Positions 28,543 to 38,339 of a DNA stretch of 64,000 nucleotides are shown here, piece after piece. Position numbers and translations under genes: made by a program. The stretch is from a virus, in the IMG/VR virus record IMGVR_UViG_3300045051_000365, positions 9,201 to 73,200 of that record. The stretch is one strand, 5' to 3'. The notes under the pieces were generated by a model. It was not told where the DNA came from and made no database searches. It saw only the letters and a list, made by a program, of their open reading frames with translations. Each line of letters begins with the position of its first letter. Within the stretch, counting starts at the first letter, position 1.

Positions 28543-28792
28543 TTTTCAACACTCCATAGTAAGTAAAATTCTTTCCCCGCTCCGATCGGATCTTCCCTTC
28601 CGATACCATCCGATCGAGATGTTTTTTAACCGTTTCGGGGCGACGCGTTCCCCATTGTAATCGCTTTAATATTTCGTACACGTCAAGGTAGTTAGAACGT
28701 CCATAATTGTCTAGGACAATAATTAGAACAGATTCGGGTACGTGTCTAAAGCGATCGACAATTCTATCGAGCAAGTCTTTAATTAACCGCAT
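28526..28792 (-). CDS. Winged-helix-like protein
   Basis: TVKKHLDRMVSEGKI...Y pattern. Confidence 0.5.
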   Translation of the reverse strand: MRLIKDLLDRIVDRFRHVPESVLIIVLDNYGRSNYLDVYEILKRLQWGTRRPETVKKHLDRMVSEGKIRSERGKNFTYYGVLKNDETR

Positions 28793-29081
28793 ACGTCCAC
28801 CTCGCCGTTAAAATTTTAAAATGCAAAAACGGGATAGCGAAATCTTTAAAATCTGTCGCTTTATCCCCGATCGCTTTCCTCGATCTTTTTGCGTGGATCT
28901 CCCGTACTTTTAAGGTAAATACTATCGCGTCGATCGGGATATAGTTACCGTCGAAATTATTCGCTAGATAAACGGCGAACCCTTCTAACAGGAGAGGGTT
29001 CTTATAGTGAATATCCGTCTCTAGTCTCGCTAGTTCAATCGCGAGAACGGCATTGTATATTTCAGCGGTATTCGCGTTCAT
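28779..29081 (-). CDS. Hypothetical protein
   Basis: Coupled ATGA start (MNANTAE). Confidence 0.5.
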   Translation of the reverse strand: MNANTAEIYNAVLAIELARLETDIHYKNPLLLEGFAVYLANNFDGNYIPIDAIVFTLKVREIHAKRSRKAIGDKATDFKDFAIPFLHFKILTARWTYAVN

Positions 29082-29269
29082 CTCGCGTAATTCTCCATAG
29101 CCCGACCTATTACCCAAAAGGGTTCTATTAGAGCGAACTCTCCCCGATTCGTGACGAGTAATTCCGCGTATCGATCGAGGCCGATCGATTCCCACGGGTA
29201 CAGATCCCCGATCGCGTCGTTGATAGCGATCTCGAAAGATAAGCGTTCTAAGGTGTTTAATTCGTTCAC
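29078..29269 (-). CDS. Hypothetical protein
   Basis: GTGA overlap with upstream gene. Confidence 0.5.
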   Translation of the reverse strand: MNELNTLERLSFEIAINDAIGDLYPWESIGLDRYAELLVTNRGEFALIEPFWVIGRAMENYAR

Positions 29270-30030
29270 TCTTCCTCCTCTCCCGTGATAACCGTGGGAA
29301 TCAGCACGTCATCATCGACTACCGCGGAATCCCTCACGATCGCCGCTATATCGTCGTCAACACCGGGGGCGATCGCCTCCTGTCCTACTAATTTTCCATC
29401 GGGATCGATCACCGCTAACCCGTTCTTTTGAATCACGTTTATCGCGTAGTCGAGAGTATCGAACCCCATGACTTTTTCAAGTACATCTGTCAGCGTTTTC
29501 GACATCGATAGCGCGTCCCGGTGCGACCAGTTCCCGTTCGGTTCGATCGTTAATTGTATCGGTCGGCCGCTCTCGTCTACCGAGGTCACGGTTCTACGGG
29601 AGATCGGGTAGTTTGTCATCGCCTCGATCTTGTCAAGACTTTTCATCGCGATTTTTAGCGTTCTCTCGCGGATTTCTGTCAGGACGTGATCGATATGTCC
29701 GTCTTGATCTTGTATTTTTTTTAACCAGTAAGCTCGCGCCCTTTCTTCCCATCGGTAATTCTTACAGGCGAGTATCCAGTCATCGGGTACTGTCTTAGCT
29801 CGCTTGAATTTCGTTTTCTCGATCGTTTCCCCGGCGGCCTCACCGCAATTAGAGAACGCCCGATTTAACGTCCTGTACCCGCTAGGGACGGGCAGATACC
29901 AAGTTTTAAAGCGTTCGTACCAATCGATCGACTCTAACGGTTGTTGTTCCCATACCGGGAAAGTCACGAGTTCGATCGTTTCCTCGTGAATCGTGTAAGT
30001 TCGTTTTCTGCCGCGTCGCGCTACTACCAT
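29266..30030 (-). CDS. Putative terminase small subunit
   Basis: WEQQP.ES...Y..F..Y, W.....Y.W.ERA.AY pattern; upstream of terL on same strand. Confidence 0.65.
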   Translation of the reverse strand: MVVARRGRKRTYTIHEETIELVTFPVWEQQPLESIDWYERFKTWYLPVPSGYRTLNRAFSNCGEAAGETIEKTKFKRAKTVPDDWILACKNYRWEERARAYWLKKIQDQDGHIDHVLTEIRERTLKIAMKSLDKIEAMTNYPISRRTVTSVDESGRPIQLTIEPNGNWSHRDALSMSKTLTDVLEKVMGFDTLDYAINVIQKNGLAVIDPDGKLVGQEAIAPGVDDDIAAIVRDSAVVDDDVLIPTVITGEEEE

Positions 30031-30075
30031 CGGATAGGATAAAGTGTTTTTATAAGTTTACCTGACAATTCAAGT

Positions 30076-30684
30076 ATGACAGATAAATCCGATAAGTTAT
30101 CGATCGAGTATCGCCGTCTCTCCGATCTCGTTCCACTGAAAAGTAATAGCAAAAAACACGCGACCGAGAACACGATCGCTCTTATCCTAGAGTTCGGTTT
30201 TAAAGACCCGATCGGCATCGATCCGAGCTTAAACGGCGGAAAAGGCGGAATTACCGAAGGACACGATCGACGTGCCGCATTATTAGAGATTAAAAAACGC
30301 GATATTCCCGCGCCTCGGGGAATTATCCTCGATAAAGACGGAGAATGGATGGTTCCTGTTTTAATCGGGATACATTTAGAATCTGAACCGAAAGCGATTA
30401 AATACTCAGTCCTACACAATCACAGTACAATCCGGGGCGCGGGACTCGATCCGATCGATGAACTGAAACTATTCGATCGGGATCTGTTACTCGAACAAGC
30501 GGAATATCTCGATACTCACGGGGAAGACCTCGGGGCGATCGGGGATTTAAACACGATTCTCGAAACGTTAAACGCGGGAGACGGGGAAAGCGATGAAGAA
30601 ATTCCCGACGATAACCGCAATATAGACGAGGAAAGTTTAGGCGAGACGAAACACGAATGCCCTAACTGTAAATTCCGGTGGTAA
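30076..30684 (+). CDS. ParB/Srx-like N-terminal domain protein
   Basis: NSKKH..I..FGF.DPI, EGHDRRAAL, C-terminal CPNC.F.W. Confidence 0.75.
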   Translation: MTDKSDKLSIEYRRLSDLVPLKSNSKKHATENTIALILEFGFKDPIGIDPSLNGGKGGITEGHDRRAALLEIKKRDIPAPRGIILDKDGEWMVPVLIGIHLESEPKAIKYSVLHNHSTIRGAGLDPIDELKLFDRDLLLEQAEYLDTHGEDLGAIGDLNTILETLNAGDGESDEEIPDDNRNIDEESLGETKHECPNCKFRW

Positions 30685-31715
30685 GGACTATGAGTGAATG
30701 GACGTTTCACCCGCGACCACAAACGAAACCTGTAACGGTAAGAGAAGCGTTCGCGGGATTGGACGAAAACGAACCCTGCCCGATCGCTATACCCGAATGG
30801 ATGCGGAAAGTAGCGGGCGAGATGGTAGCCGGGGATTTTAACAGCGATCGGATCAAGCCGATCATCGCGAAGTACAAAAATGGAAAAACGGGCGGTTTTA
30901 TGGCTATTAAGCTGTTATCGTGGGACAAACCATCTTGTACCTTAATTAAATTTAAAAATTGGGAAGCGGGCGGCATAATTCACCCGAACCGAAAGCGATT
31001 CGTTAACGAGCGGGAACTAGCCAGACTCGCGAGCTTTCCCGATGACTTTATATTCCCGCCGTCCCTCGGATTTAAAAACGTTATCGAGCGCGTCGGAAAT
31101 TGCGTACCGCCGTTGCTAATGAAAGCGATCGCCGAAAATTTACGCTTATCCCCGTTCCTACAAGATACCGATCGGCCGACCGTTATCGATACCTTTTCCG
31201 GTTGTGGGGGAAGTTCCCTCGGACTCCATCTCGCGGGATACGATGAACGGTTAGCGGTCGAGTGGGATAACAAGGCGGCCGCGACCTACCGATCGAACTT
31301 TCCCGACGTACCGCTCTATCACGGGGATATAAAAGAACTGTCCCCCGATCGGGCCGTAGAATTATCGGGAGTGAAACCGGGCGACCTCGATCTATTCACC
31401 GGTTCCCCGCCGTGTCAGGGCTTCTCGGTATCCGGTAAGCGCGAACTGCACGACGATCGCAATCAGCTGTTCCGCGAGTATTGCCGGTTACTGGACGCGT
31501 TTAAACCGAAAGCTTTCGTGATGGAAAATGTCAAAGGAATGATCTCCGGACACATGAAACCGATCGCTCTCTCTATATATAGTGAACTCCGATCGTGCGG
31601 TTACGAGGTACGGGGGCAAGTGTTGAACGCTAAATACTACGGGGTTCCTCAATCGCGGGAACGCGTGATCCTAGTCGGGGTTCGGAAAGACCTAGTACAG
31701 AAGCACGATCTATAG
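30678..31715 (+). CDS. C5-cytosine DNA methyltransferase, circularly permuted
   Basis: RELARLASFPD (IX) and GNCVPP (X) precede FSGCGG (I), GSPPCQGFS (IV), ENVKG (VI), PQSRER (VIII). Confidence 0.92.
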   Translation: MVRTMSEWTFHPRPQTKPVTVREAFAGLDENEPCPIAIPEWMRKVAGEMVAGDFNSDRIKPIIAKYKNGKTGGFMAIKLLSWDKPSCTLIKFKNWEAGGIIHPNRKRFVNERELARLASFPDDFIFPPSLGFKNVIERVGNCVPPLLMKAIAENLRLSPFLQDTDRPTVIDTFSGCGGSSLGLHLAGYDERLAVEWDNKAAATYRSNFPDVPLYHGDIKELSPDRAVELSGVKPGDLDLFTGSPPCQGFSVSGKRELHDDRNQLFREYCRLLDAFKPKAFVMENVKGMISGHMKPIALSIYSELRSCGYEVRGQVLNAKYYGVPQSRERVILVGVRKDLVQKHDL

Positions 31716-31861
31716 AGTCCTATCGATACCCGTCTATCCGAACTATAGAGAAAGACACAGCCAGAAAGTTTCAAGATTTTTTAGGGACGATCTCGCTCGG
31801 ATCGTCCCTATTCCTTTCGTAGCGAGCGTTTCGGGCTGAGAGGGGAGTGTTACCCCGTTAC

Positions 31862-31890
31862 TTGACATATCCAAAAACAGGCGGCATTAT
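31862..31890 (+). promoter_or_regulatory. sigma70-type early promoter
   Basis: TTGACA-17-CATTAT. Confidence 0.65.
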
Positions 31891-31896
31891 TAAGTC

Positions 31897-32943
31897 ATGG
31901 GAAAGCGAAACACCCAAACAGAAAACATTCAAAAGCGAGAGGACATTATGATTTCCATCGAACAAATTAAAGCTTGTGAAGTTTATTCCGAATTGCAAGC
32001 CGTAGGGAAGGAACTAAACATCGCTCACGAGGCGGGAATCAAGATAGTGGGAGTTTCTAAAGTCGCGCTACGGGAATCGATCGTTAGCTGGATCGAGAAC
32101 AATCTAGTAAACGTATTAGAAACTATCGAAGATTCCGAACCCGATAGCGATGAACTGCAATCGGAAGAAAACGAACTAGAAACCGAACCAGAAACCGAAC
32201 CCGCTATCGAAGAAACCATCGAAACGGAATCCGAAGAAAACGAGAACGAAGTAGAAACCGAACCCTCTCCCGACGAACAAGCGAGCGATAAAGGAAAAAT
32301 CCTAGTAACTTCCGATCTTAAATACGAGATCGAGTATTGGGGAGAGAGTATTAAGTTCTTTGACTATCAAAAGAACGAGGTTTACAAAATTCCCGCGGAT
32401 CTGTTTAAAAGCCTTAACGCTCGCACGAAAGAAGTGTATTTAGTAGACTTTATCGAACACAACACACCCGTACATATTCCCGATATAGAGGAGTGGTTAT
32501 TCTCTAAAGGAATCGGGTACGGATGGACTGACACCGGACTCGTGAACATGGACTGTCGCTTATTCACGGACAGCGACAAATACTACGCGGTCAATAAAGC
32601 CGGGGAAATCGTGTCCACGATGGATAGTGCTTTCTTCAATCCTAAATGGTTTAAGTCTCAAGCTTGGGAGTCGTGGCTCGGGATCGAGAAAAAAGCCCGT
32701 AAATCTAGCGGGGGCGGCGCGCCGGGTTCGCGAGCTAATAATCCGAACGCCAAAACCCCGAAAGTTCCTCAAAAACTTGTCGATTTTATGCGGGAAAAAC
32801 CGCGAACCGTTAGCGAAATGATGGAATTAATGGGATGGAATTACCATAACGCGAGAAATTATCTCAGCTATATCAAGTGGAATGGAATGACCTTGGTTTC
32901 CGAGGGTAAAGGCGAAACGAGAACCCATCACATCGTAGGCTAG
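31897..32943 (+). CDS. Early protein with acidic linker and C-terminal wHTH-like domain
   Basis: E/T-rich tract; TVSEMMELMGWNYHNARNYLS; likely start 31948 after GAGGA. Confidence 0.65.
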   Translation: MGKRNTQTENIQKREDIMISIEQIKACEVYSELQAVGKELNIAHEAGIKIVGVSKVALRESIVSWIENNLVNVLETIEDSEPDSDELQSEENELETEPETEPAIEETIETESEENENEVETEPSPDEQASDKGKILVTSDLKYEIEYWGESIKFFDYQKNEVYKIPADLFKSLNARTKEVYLVDFIEHNTPVHIPDIEEWLFSKGIGYGWTDTGLVNMDCRLFTDSDKYYAVNKAGEIVSTMDSAFFNPKWFKSQAWESWLGIEKKARKSSGGGAPGSRANNPNAKTPKVPQKLVDFMREKPRTVSEMMELMGWNYHNARNYLSYIKWNGMTLVSEGKGETRTHHIVG

Positions 32944-33007
32944 TCTATCACCGGGGATCACCCGATCCCCTCTCTAGTAAACCTTAATCAATCAATGGAG
33001 TTTAATT

Positions 33008-33172
33008 ATGTTCGCTGTAATTCTCTTGACCGACGCGCATTATGAACAGATTGGCAGAATTATCGATCTCTATTTCTGCCCGGTATCCGAGAAACGAGAG
33101 TACAAAGTAATTCTAGAAAACGGCACGGTAGTTTATTGCGAAGCCGATGATCTAATTCCCGTACTGCTATAA
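33008..33172 (+). CDS. 54-aa hypothetical protein (not in ORF track)
   Basis: TGGAG RBS; MFAVILLTDAHYEQIGRII... Confidence 0.6.
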   Translation: MFAVILLTDAHYEQIGRIIDLYFCPVSEKREYKVILENGTVVYCEADDLIPVLL

Positions 33173-33225
33173 ATCCCCTCGCTTTTGAGTCCTAATCACA
33201 TCAATCATTCAATGGAGTAAAGGCG

Positions 33226-33381
33226 ATGATCGACTATATCGAGTGTTACAACTTTGAAGTTTATTCGGATAATGTGATTGTCGGATACGTCCGGACAGAA
33301 GCGGATATGAGACAGTTTAAATCGATTTATCAATCCCCGTTCTCTCCCGCTATATTTTCCCTAGCTTGTCCGCTTAAATAA
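33226..33381 (+). CDS. 51-aa hypothetical protein (not in ORF track)
   Basis: TGGAG RBS; MIDYIECYNFEVY... Confidence 0.55.
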   Translation: MIDYIECYNFEVYSDNVIVGYVRTEADMRQFKSIYQSPFSPAIFSLACPLK

Positions 33382-33437
33382 TCTCCCGATCCGCTTTTTG
33401 AATCCTAGTAAAAACATCAATTATTTCGGAGTAAATC

Positions 33438-33785
33438 ATGTCTGAAACAAAAAAAGAATTCCGTAAGTTATTTTCCAGTATCGCAAAATCCCACCGATTA
33501 AAAGCTGTAGATTTTTACGTTACCGGGGAGTATGTCGCGTTCCCAACTACTTACCTAGTCAGTGAGACATTAGAGGCGTTTAAAGCACTAGGTATCGAGG
33601 CTAAATATCTTTACATCATCGGAGTATCGGTAAAAAAAGAAGAACTGAAAAAAGTAGGAATAGATCTACCCGTGGGAACATATTTCATTCCTACCGACAC
33701 TCGGAAACCGATCGCGAAAAAACAATGGGTAAAAATTGTCGATTCGGAATACTACGCGGATATGTACCCGCGAGGTAGCGTGTAA
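33438..33785 (+). CDS. Hypothetical protein
   Basis: GGAG RBS; followed by terminator. Confidence 0.65.
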   Translation: MSETKKEFRKLFSSIAKSHRLKAVDFYVTGEYVAFPTTYLVSETLEAFKALGIEAKYLYIIGVSVKKEELKKVGIDLPVGTYFIPTDTRKPIAKKQWVKIVDSEYYADMYPRGSV

Positions 33786-33810
33786 AATTCCCACCGCTAA
33801 CCGAACACGG

Positions 33811-33835
33811 CCGCCGATCGCCCCGGCGGTTTTTT
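33811..33835 (+). terminator. Rho-independent terminator
   Basis: CCGCCG-loop-CGGCGG-TTTTTT. Confidence 0.7.
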
Positions 33836-33942
33836 CGTATCTCCCTTGTAGTATGTCTGTAGCGAGGCGTAGGGAAAATAGGGACGGGATAGAGGGGATC
33901 GGGAGGGAGAAGAGAGAGAAAAAAGTTATTCCTGTTAATGAG

Positions 33943-34269
33943 TGTTAGGAGAGTTAATAACATTCTCTATCCCTCTCTACGTCGATGTTCTAGCTTTTTG
34001 TTATTGATGTTAGGGCGATTCCCGTGACTTCGTTTCCCCGTGTATATCTCTCCCGATCCCCTCGAAAATAGCTTCTATCCCTATCCTCTCTATTCCCTCG
34101 ATAGAATCTATATCCCGATCGCTTATCGTGTCTCTACGTTCGTTCTTATGGACGGGTTCGGTTATTCCTGTTCCGATCCATTCTTTCCCTCGGATCGGCT
34201 AAACATTCATAACAAATCGCTGTAATCGTTACAGGATAAGACTTTCAGGGTGTTATTGACTCCCTAACA
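33943..34269. repeat. Inverted pair of the TGTTA/ATAACA N36 element
   Basis: 33943-34012 forward, 34202-34269 reverse. Confidence 0.85.
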
Positions 34270-34356
34270 TTCCCCCGATCCCGATAACAGGGGATAGATA
34301 GAGAAAAATCTATAGATACTATAGAAAAACTTGTAGAGAAAACTTTAAGGATTTTA

Positions 34357-34386
34357 CTTGACAACTTAAGTAATTTACAGGATGAT
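34357..34386 (+). promoter_or_regulatory. Promoter with operator variant CTTGACAACTTAAG
   Basis: TTGACA-17-GATGAT. Confidence 0.6.
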
Positions 34387-34422
34387 AGTTTGTGTCAGGA
34401 CAAACAAGCGAGAGGAAACAAG

Positions 34423-34704
34423 ATGAACGAAGTACAGGAACTTCAAGTTTCAAGTCTAATGCCGGGGATTTATGTTATCGGCGTACTAAACGCCGATAAT
34501 CCTAAGCTCGCCCCGTCGCTTTTAAAAATGTTCGTGGGCGAGAACGGGATCGAGATCTATTGGGAAGACTACCCCACGGGGAATAACGGGAAAGGAAATA
34601 AAAAATTCAATTGTTTCGACGCGATCGCTCATTCTCATATTGCGACTATCCCCGTGCATCGAGAAAACTTTACGCCGGTATTTATTACTGGTTCCAATGA
34701 ATAA
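34423..34704 (+). CDS. Hypothetical protein
   Basis: GAGGA RBS after promoter. Confidence 0.6.
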   Translation: MNEVQELQVSSLMPGIYVIGVLNADNPKLAPSLLKMFVGENGIEIYWEDYPTGNNGKGNKKFNCFDAIAHSHIATIPVHRENFTPVFITGSNE

Positions 34705-34749
34705 CCCTAGCCGATAGGCGGCCGCGCGGGGTTCGATTCCCCGCTAGGG
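34705..34749 (+). ncRNA. tRNA-like (acceptor + T arm, no anticodon arm) structure
   Basis: CCCTAG/CTAGGG stem, CGGGG-TTCGATT-CCCCG T arm, CCG-ATAGG-CGG mini D-like arm. Confidence 0.55.
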
Positions 34750-34792
34750 ATTGCCCGAATAGGGCAAATACTAGAAACATTCAACGGAGTAA

Positions 34793-35959
34793 ATGAAAAT
34801 GACGCTATCTATTTCCGATCCCCGCAACGCCGGATGGAATCTAGGCGAACGGAATCGCCAAAAGGCACAGATCGTGTACGGGGGCGTTGATCCCTCGTAT
34901 GGATTGGGGATCGAGTTCGATAAAAACATGACCACGAACGAAGCCTTATCCGAGGTCGGACTGAACTGGCAGATTCAAAAAAGCGAGTATCGGTACGGGA
35001 TGTTCTACGAACGGAATAACCCGAACAAGATAGCCTTATCCGATCCCGAAGGTCGCGATATGGGAACCGTGAGTAAGGAATGGTCTGACAGCCTGATTCC
35101 TTTCGGGCAGTATGTCGATAATTTTCGGAATTTCTGTAGCGAGAATTCCCTACCGCTAGAAAGAATAGGCAAGCTCGAAACTGTCAATCGAGCGGGTGAA
35201 TTGGAACTGAGATTATTTATGGTCGCGGATCTAGCGGGATCGGGGTTCAGTATATGTGGTGATGACCCCAATACGGGAAAGCTGTTAATACAGCACCCGT
35301 TTTATTACGGCGCGGGTCACTCGATTTCTAATATCGCCTTCCGTGTTGTCTGTAGCAACGGAATGGTAGAGAAAGTAAGAGACAAGGTCAAGATCATCGG
35401 ACACAACTCGAACGCCGCTTTAAATATTCAAGCTTGCTTACAGGCCGCCCGTGACGGATGGGAATCCTACAAAAATCGGGTTAACCTTTTAGCCCAAACC
35501 ACGATCACGGGCGCGGAAAGTTTAGTGATCCTGATAGACCGCTACGGAACCCGTCAGGAAAATAAAGATCTCGCCCGTAACCTGCTAGGACGGTTACAGC
35601 AGGAAAAAATAACCGTAGAACAGTTAGATCGCTTAGTTAACTCCATCGATCTAACCGATGAATCGGAAATACTCCGAACCGTTCACGCGATGTATACCCG
35701 TAACGCGTTCATCGGTAGCGACCTCGTTTCATCCCGCGAAACCGCGTGGGGATTACTAAATTGCGTGACAGAATACTACTGTCACAATCGATTAGAAGAG
35801 AGCAAAAATCTTAACCGTAGCGTTAATTCGTTATGGAATGGAAATAGCCAGTCTTCTACTCAAGCTTTCCTAAATTCTATCTCCTCGTTCGCTCACGAGA
35901 AAGCGAACCGAGAAAAACTGAAAACATCGAATATAATCCAAGCCGTCCGCGCTTGGTAG
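34793..35959 (+). CDS. DUF932-family protein
   Basis: GLNW.I.K, RVVCSNG, TAWGLLN.VTEY..H, SLW.G. Confidence 0.8.
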   Translation: MKMTLSISDPRNAGWNLGERNRQKAQIVYGGVDPSYGLGIEFDKNMTTNEALSEVGLNWQIQKSEYRYGMFYERNNPNKIALSDPEGRDMGTVSKEWSDSLIPFGQYVDNFRNFCSENSLPLERIGKLETVNRAGELELRLFMVADLAGSGFSICGDDPNTGKLLIQHPFYYGAGHSISNIAFRVVCSNGMVEKVRDKVKIIGHNSNAALNIQACLQAARDGWESYKNRVNLLAQTTITGAESLVILIDRYGTRQENKDLARNLLGRLQQEKITVEQLDRLVNSIDLTDESEILRTVHAMYTRNAFIGSDLVSSRETAWGLLNCVTEYYCHNRLEESKNLNRSVNSLWNGNSQSSTQAFLNSISSFAHEKANREKLKTSNIIQAVRAW

Positions 35960-36026
35960 GAAATAAAATAGCGGGGTGAAATTCCCCGCGTACCCTTCTG
36001 TAAAATTCATTCAATAGGATTGTATC

Positions 36027-36467
36027 ATGACTTACGCTATTCATAGCTTCACTGAAAAATTCAACGACCCCGATCCGCTAAGAAAAATAAAATAGGTTCC
36101 CGATGGAATAGCCTGTCATGACGGATACGATTGTATCGTTTACGAAGAAATTCATCCCGCTAATAATATTCATAAACGACTACTCCTGTCGGTAGTTTAC
36201 GCGCCCTATTCCCCGGTAGACGGATACGAGACTTACAGGGCGATCGGGTATGACAGCAACGAACGCGTTACCGAACAAATAAAGCTCGTAAAATACGCTA
36301 TCGCCCGCCATGACTATCAAGGCACTTTTGCGGTAATCGAGCGAGAAATAAACAAGGAAAAATACTACAACTTCCGCGGAATAGACGAGAAAGATTATCT
36401 CGCCCGGACGTATAGCGAGGGAATGGACGGGGAATGCAAAATAGTTGCGCTTGTGACGGCTAAATAG
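36027..36467 (+). pseudogene. 146-codon gene interrupted by one TAG at 36093-36095
   Basis: AGGA RBS; frame open on both sides of a single amber codon; fills an otherwise empty 600-bp gap. Confidence 0.65.
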
Positions 36468-36560
36468 GTACTCAAGCCTTACAGGGGAGTTGCGAGGTAT
36501 TCCCCTAGCCTTGCCCGAAAATAGGGCAGTTAACCGAAAATAATCAATGGAGTAAAAGCA

Positions 36561-37049
36561 ATGACTCACGCGTTAGAAATTCAACCGATCGCCTCTATCA
36601 ACATCGAAAATAAAAATATTTTCGTGGGGGCAAAATTCCCGCAATTAAATAAACTAAAAACGCTTGCAGAATACGTGGCGCAACTCGAAAATTTTCATCC
36701 CGACAAACCCGTGATAGAGCGGGTAAAGATAACCGAACAAATAACCCTGTCTCAAGCCGATTACAATCGGTTTACATCCGCTCTAACAGACGATCGGGAT
36801 TGGCTCGCGGGGAAAGGTGGTCACGACAGCGACTATCCGACGGAACTAGAGGGGATGACTTTATTGTCCAATAGCGAAGAGTTTTGTAAATGGCGAGAAA
36901 AAGCCTATCGGATATGTGTTTTGGTCGTGTCCGATACCGATCGCCGGGGAATACTGGTAGATCCGCAAGGGTATAATTACGCCCGCTATGTCGGGTTAAT
37001 AAACGCAAAAACGCTATCGGAAATAACCGAAAAAATTATTAATGAGTAG
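36561..37049 (+). CDS. Hypothetical protein (DUF6329-like C-terminus)
   Basis: Y..F...L..D.DWL, ILVDPQGYNYARYVG. Confidence 0.6.
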   Translation: MTHALEIQPIASINIENKNIFVGAKFPQLNKLKTLAEYVAQLENFHPDKPVIERVKITEQITLSQADYNRFTSALTDDRDWLAGKGGHDSDYPTELEGMTLLSNSEEFCKWREKAYRICVLVVSDTDRRGILVDPQGYNYARYVGLINAKTLSEITEKIINE

Positions 37050-37104
37050 AAATAATTCCGCTTTTTGAATCCCATAAAAATAACCATCACCCGAGGAAAA
37101 ATAA

Positions 37105-37335
37105 ATGCTCACGCGCGATATTTGTAACAATTGGTTAAGCGATCAAGGATCGGGAGATCGCTATCGAGTACACAAAAAAGAACCCGATAGAGCGATCGCC
37201 ATCCGAACAGACGGAGCGGAGTCGAACGTGCTTCACGAGATTATCGACGGCGAAAAAATCCAAGTTCTCGATCTCGGATGGGATAAGTGCATCGATCGGC
37301 TACAAAAATATTTTCACGAGGAAAAAATAAAATGA
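37105..37335 (+). CDS. Hypothetical protein
   Basis: GAGGA RBS. Confidence 0.55.
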   Translation: MLTRDICNNWLSDQGSGDRYRVHKKEPDRAIAIRTDGAESNVLHEIIDGEKIQVLDLGWDKCIDRLQKYFHEEKIK

Positions 37336-37538
37336 ACACTCAGCCGTTAACCGTATCGAACGCGGGAACCCCGATAGGTAGAACCGTGTTTATCTCCGAA
37401 AAAGAAACTTACTCGGTAGACCTCGATCGGGAATGGACGGCCGCGGAAATAATGCTAGATTCTATCTGGAAAAATAACGCGGAACCCGTCGCCACGATCG
37501 ATCCCCGAGGGATCTTGTGTCTTGACTTTCGGAAATAA
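37332..37538 (+). CDS. Hypothetical protein
   Basis: ATGA coupling. Confidence 0.5.
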   Translation: MNTQPLTVSNAGTPIGRTVFISEKETYSVDLDREWTAAEIMLDSIWKNNAEPVATIDPRGILCLDFRK

Positions 37539-37560
37539 AAAACAAATAGGAGTAAAAACG

Positions 37561-37857
37561 ATGAAAGTAATCGCGACAGACGCTAATGATCGAGAAATAA
37601 TCTTCTATTCCGAGAACGGGGAACTAAATGCGATAGAGAAGCTATCCCCCGTAGACGATTCCGAAATAAACGAGATGATCGAATGTGGCGTTCATTTCGG
37701 ACGGGCGATCTCTTACGGCGCGTGGGAAATAGAGATCGAGCGGACGGACGCGGAAAAATTAGAGGCGATCGCCAACGTCGCCCGCGCATTCCCGCCGGAC
37801 GCGTCGATCGAGCTTTATCGGCGGGGAATAGAAGCTGTCCTCGCGATACTTGACTAG
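37561..37857 (+). CDS. Hypothetical protein
   Basis: AGGAG RBS. Confidence 0.55.
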   Translation: MKVIATDANDREIIFYSENGELNAIEKLSPVDDSEINEMIECGVHFGRAISYGAWEIEIERTDAEKLEAIANVARAFPPDASIELYRRGIEAVLAILD

Positions 37858-37910
37858 ACAAAAAATAAATCGTGTATAATGTCTTAGGTTGTCCCTAAGA
37901 CTTTTCCGCT

Positions 37911-38339
37911 ATGGACGAAAAAATAATTCAAGAAATAATCGATCGCTACCGAGGGGATGAGTATTTATCTTTCGTGGAAATAGCGGACGATCTGAAAATA
38001 GAATATCGTTCGCTAGTGGAAAAATTACAGCCACTAGCGAACGAGATCGAACTGAAAGTATTTAACCGCTCGGGCAATAGAAACGGACACGCGATAGATA
38101 CGAGTCCGTTCCTGCTAGACTATTACTATATAGTCGATTGCGATCTTAAAATTCTCGCCGAAACGTTCGGGTATAGCGATTACAGCAACGCTCTTAGAGC
38201 GATGCGAAAAAATAAACACTATATCGGCAAAAATAAAAATATGTTCTCAGAACTTCCCCATATTCCCCCGTTTCCGAAGAATACTAAAACCATGCGGGAT
38301 AGGAAAAAAAATAGGGATAAAATAAAAATAAATGATTAA
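37911..38339 (+). CDS. Putative HTH DNA-binding protein
   Basis: LSFVEIADDLKI and LAETFGYS helix-turn-helix-like segments. Confidence 0.5.
   Translation: MDEKIIQEIIDRYRGDEYLSFVEIADDLKIEYRSLVEKLQPLANEIELKVFNRSGNRNGHAIDTSPFLLDYYYIVDCDLKILAETFGYSDYSNALRAMRKNKHYIGKNKNMFSELPHIPPFPKNTKTMRDRKKNRDKIKIND

Noticed and set aside
18985-31715. Restriction-modification system
   Set aside because: Neither methyltransferase has an adjacent recognisable restriction endonuclease
36027-36467. Genome-wide TAG recoding
   Set aside because: Many well-defined genes (fibre, endolysin, portal, dam) end at TAG at expected lengths and no suppressor tRNA is seen
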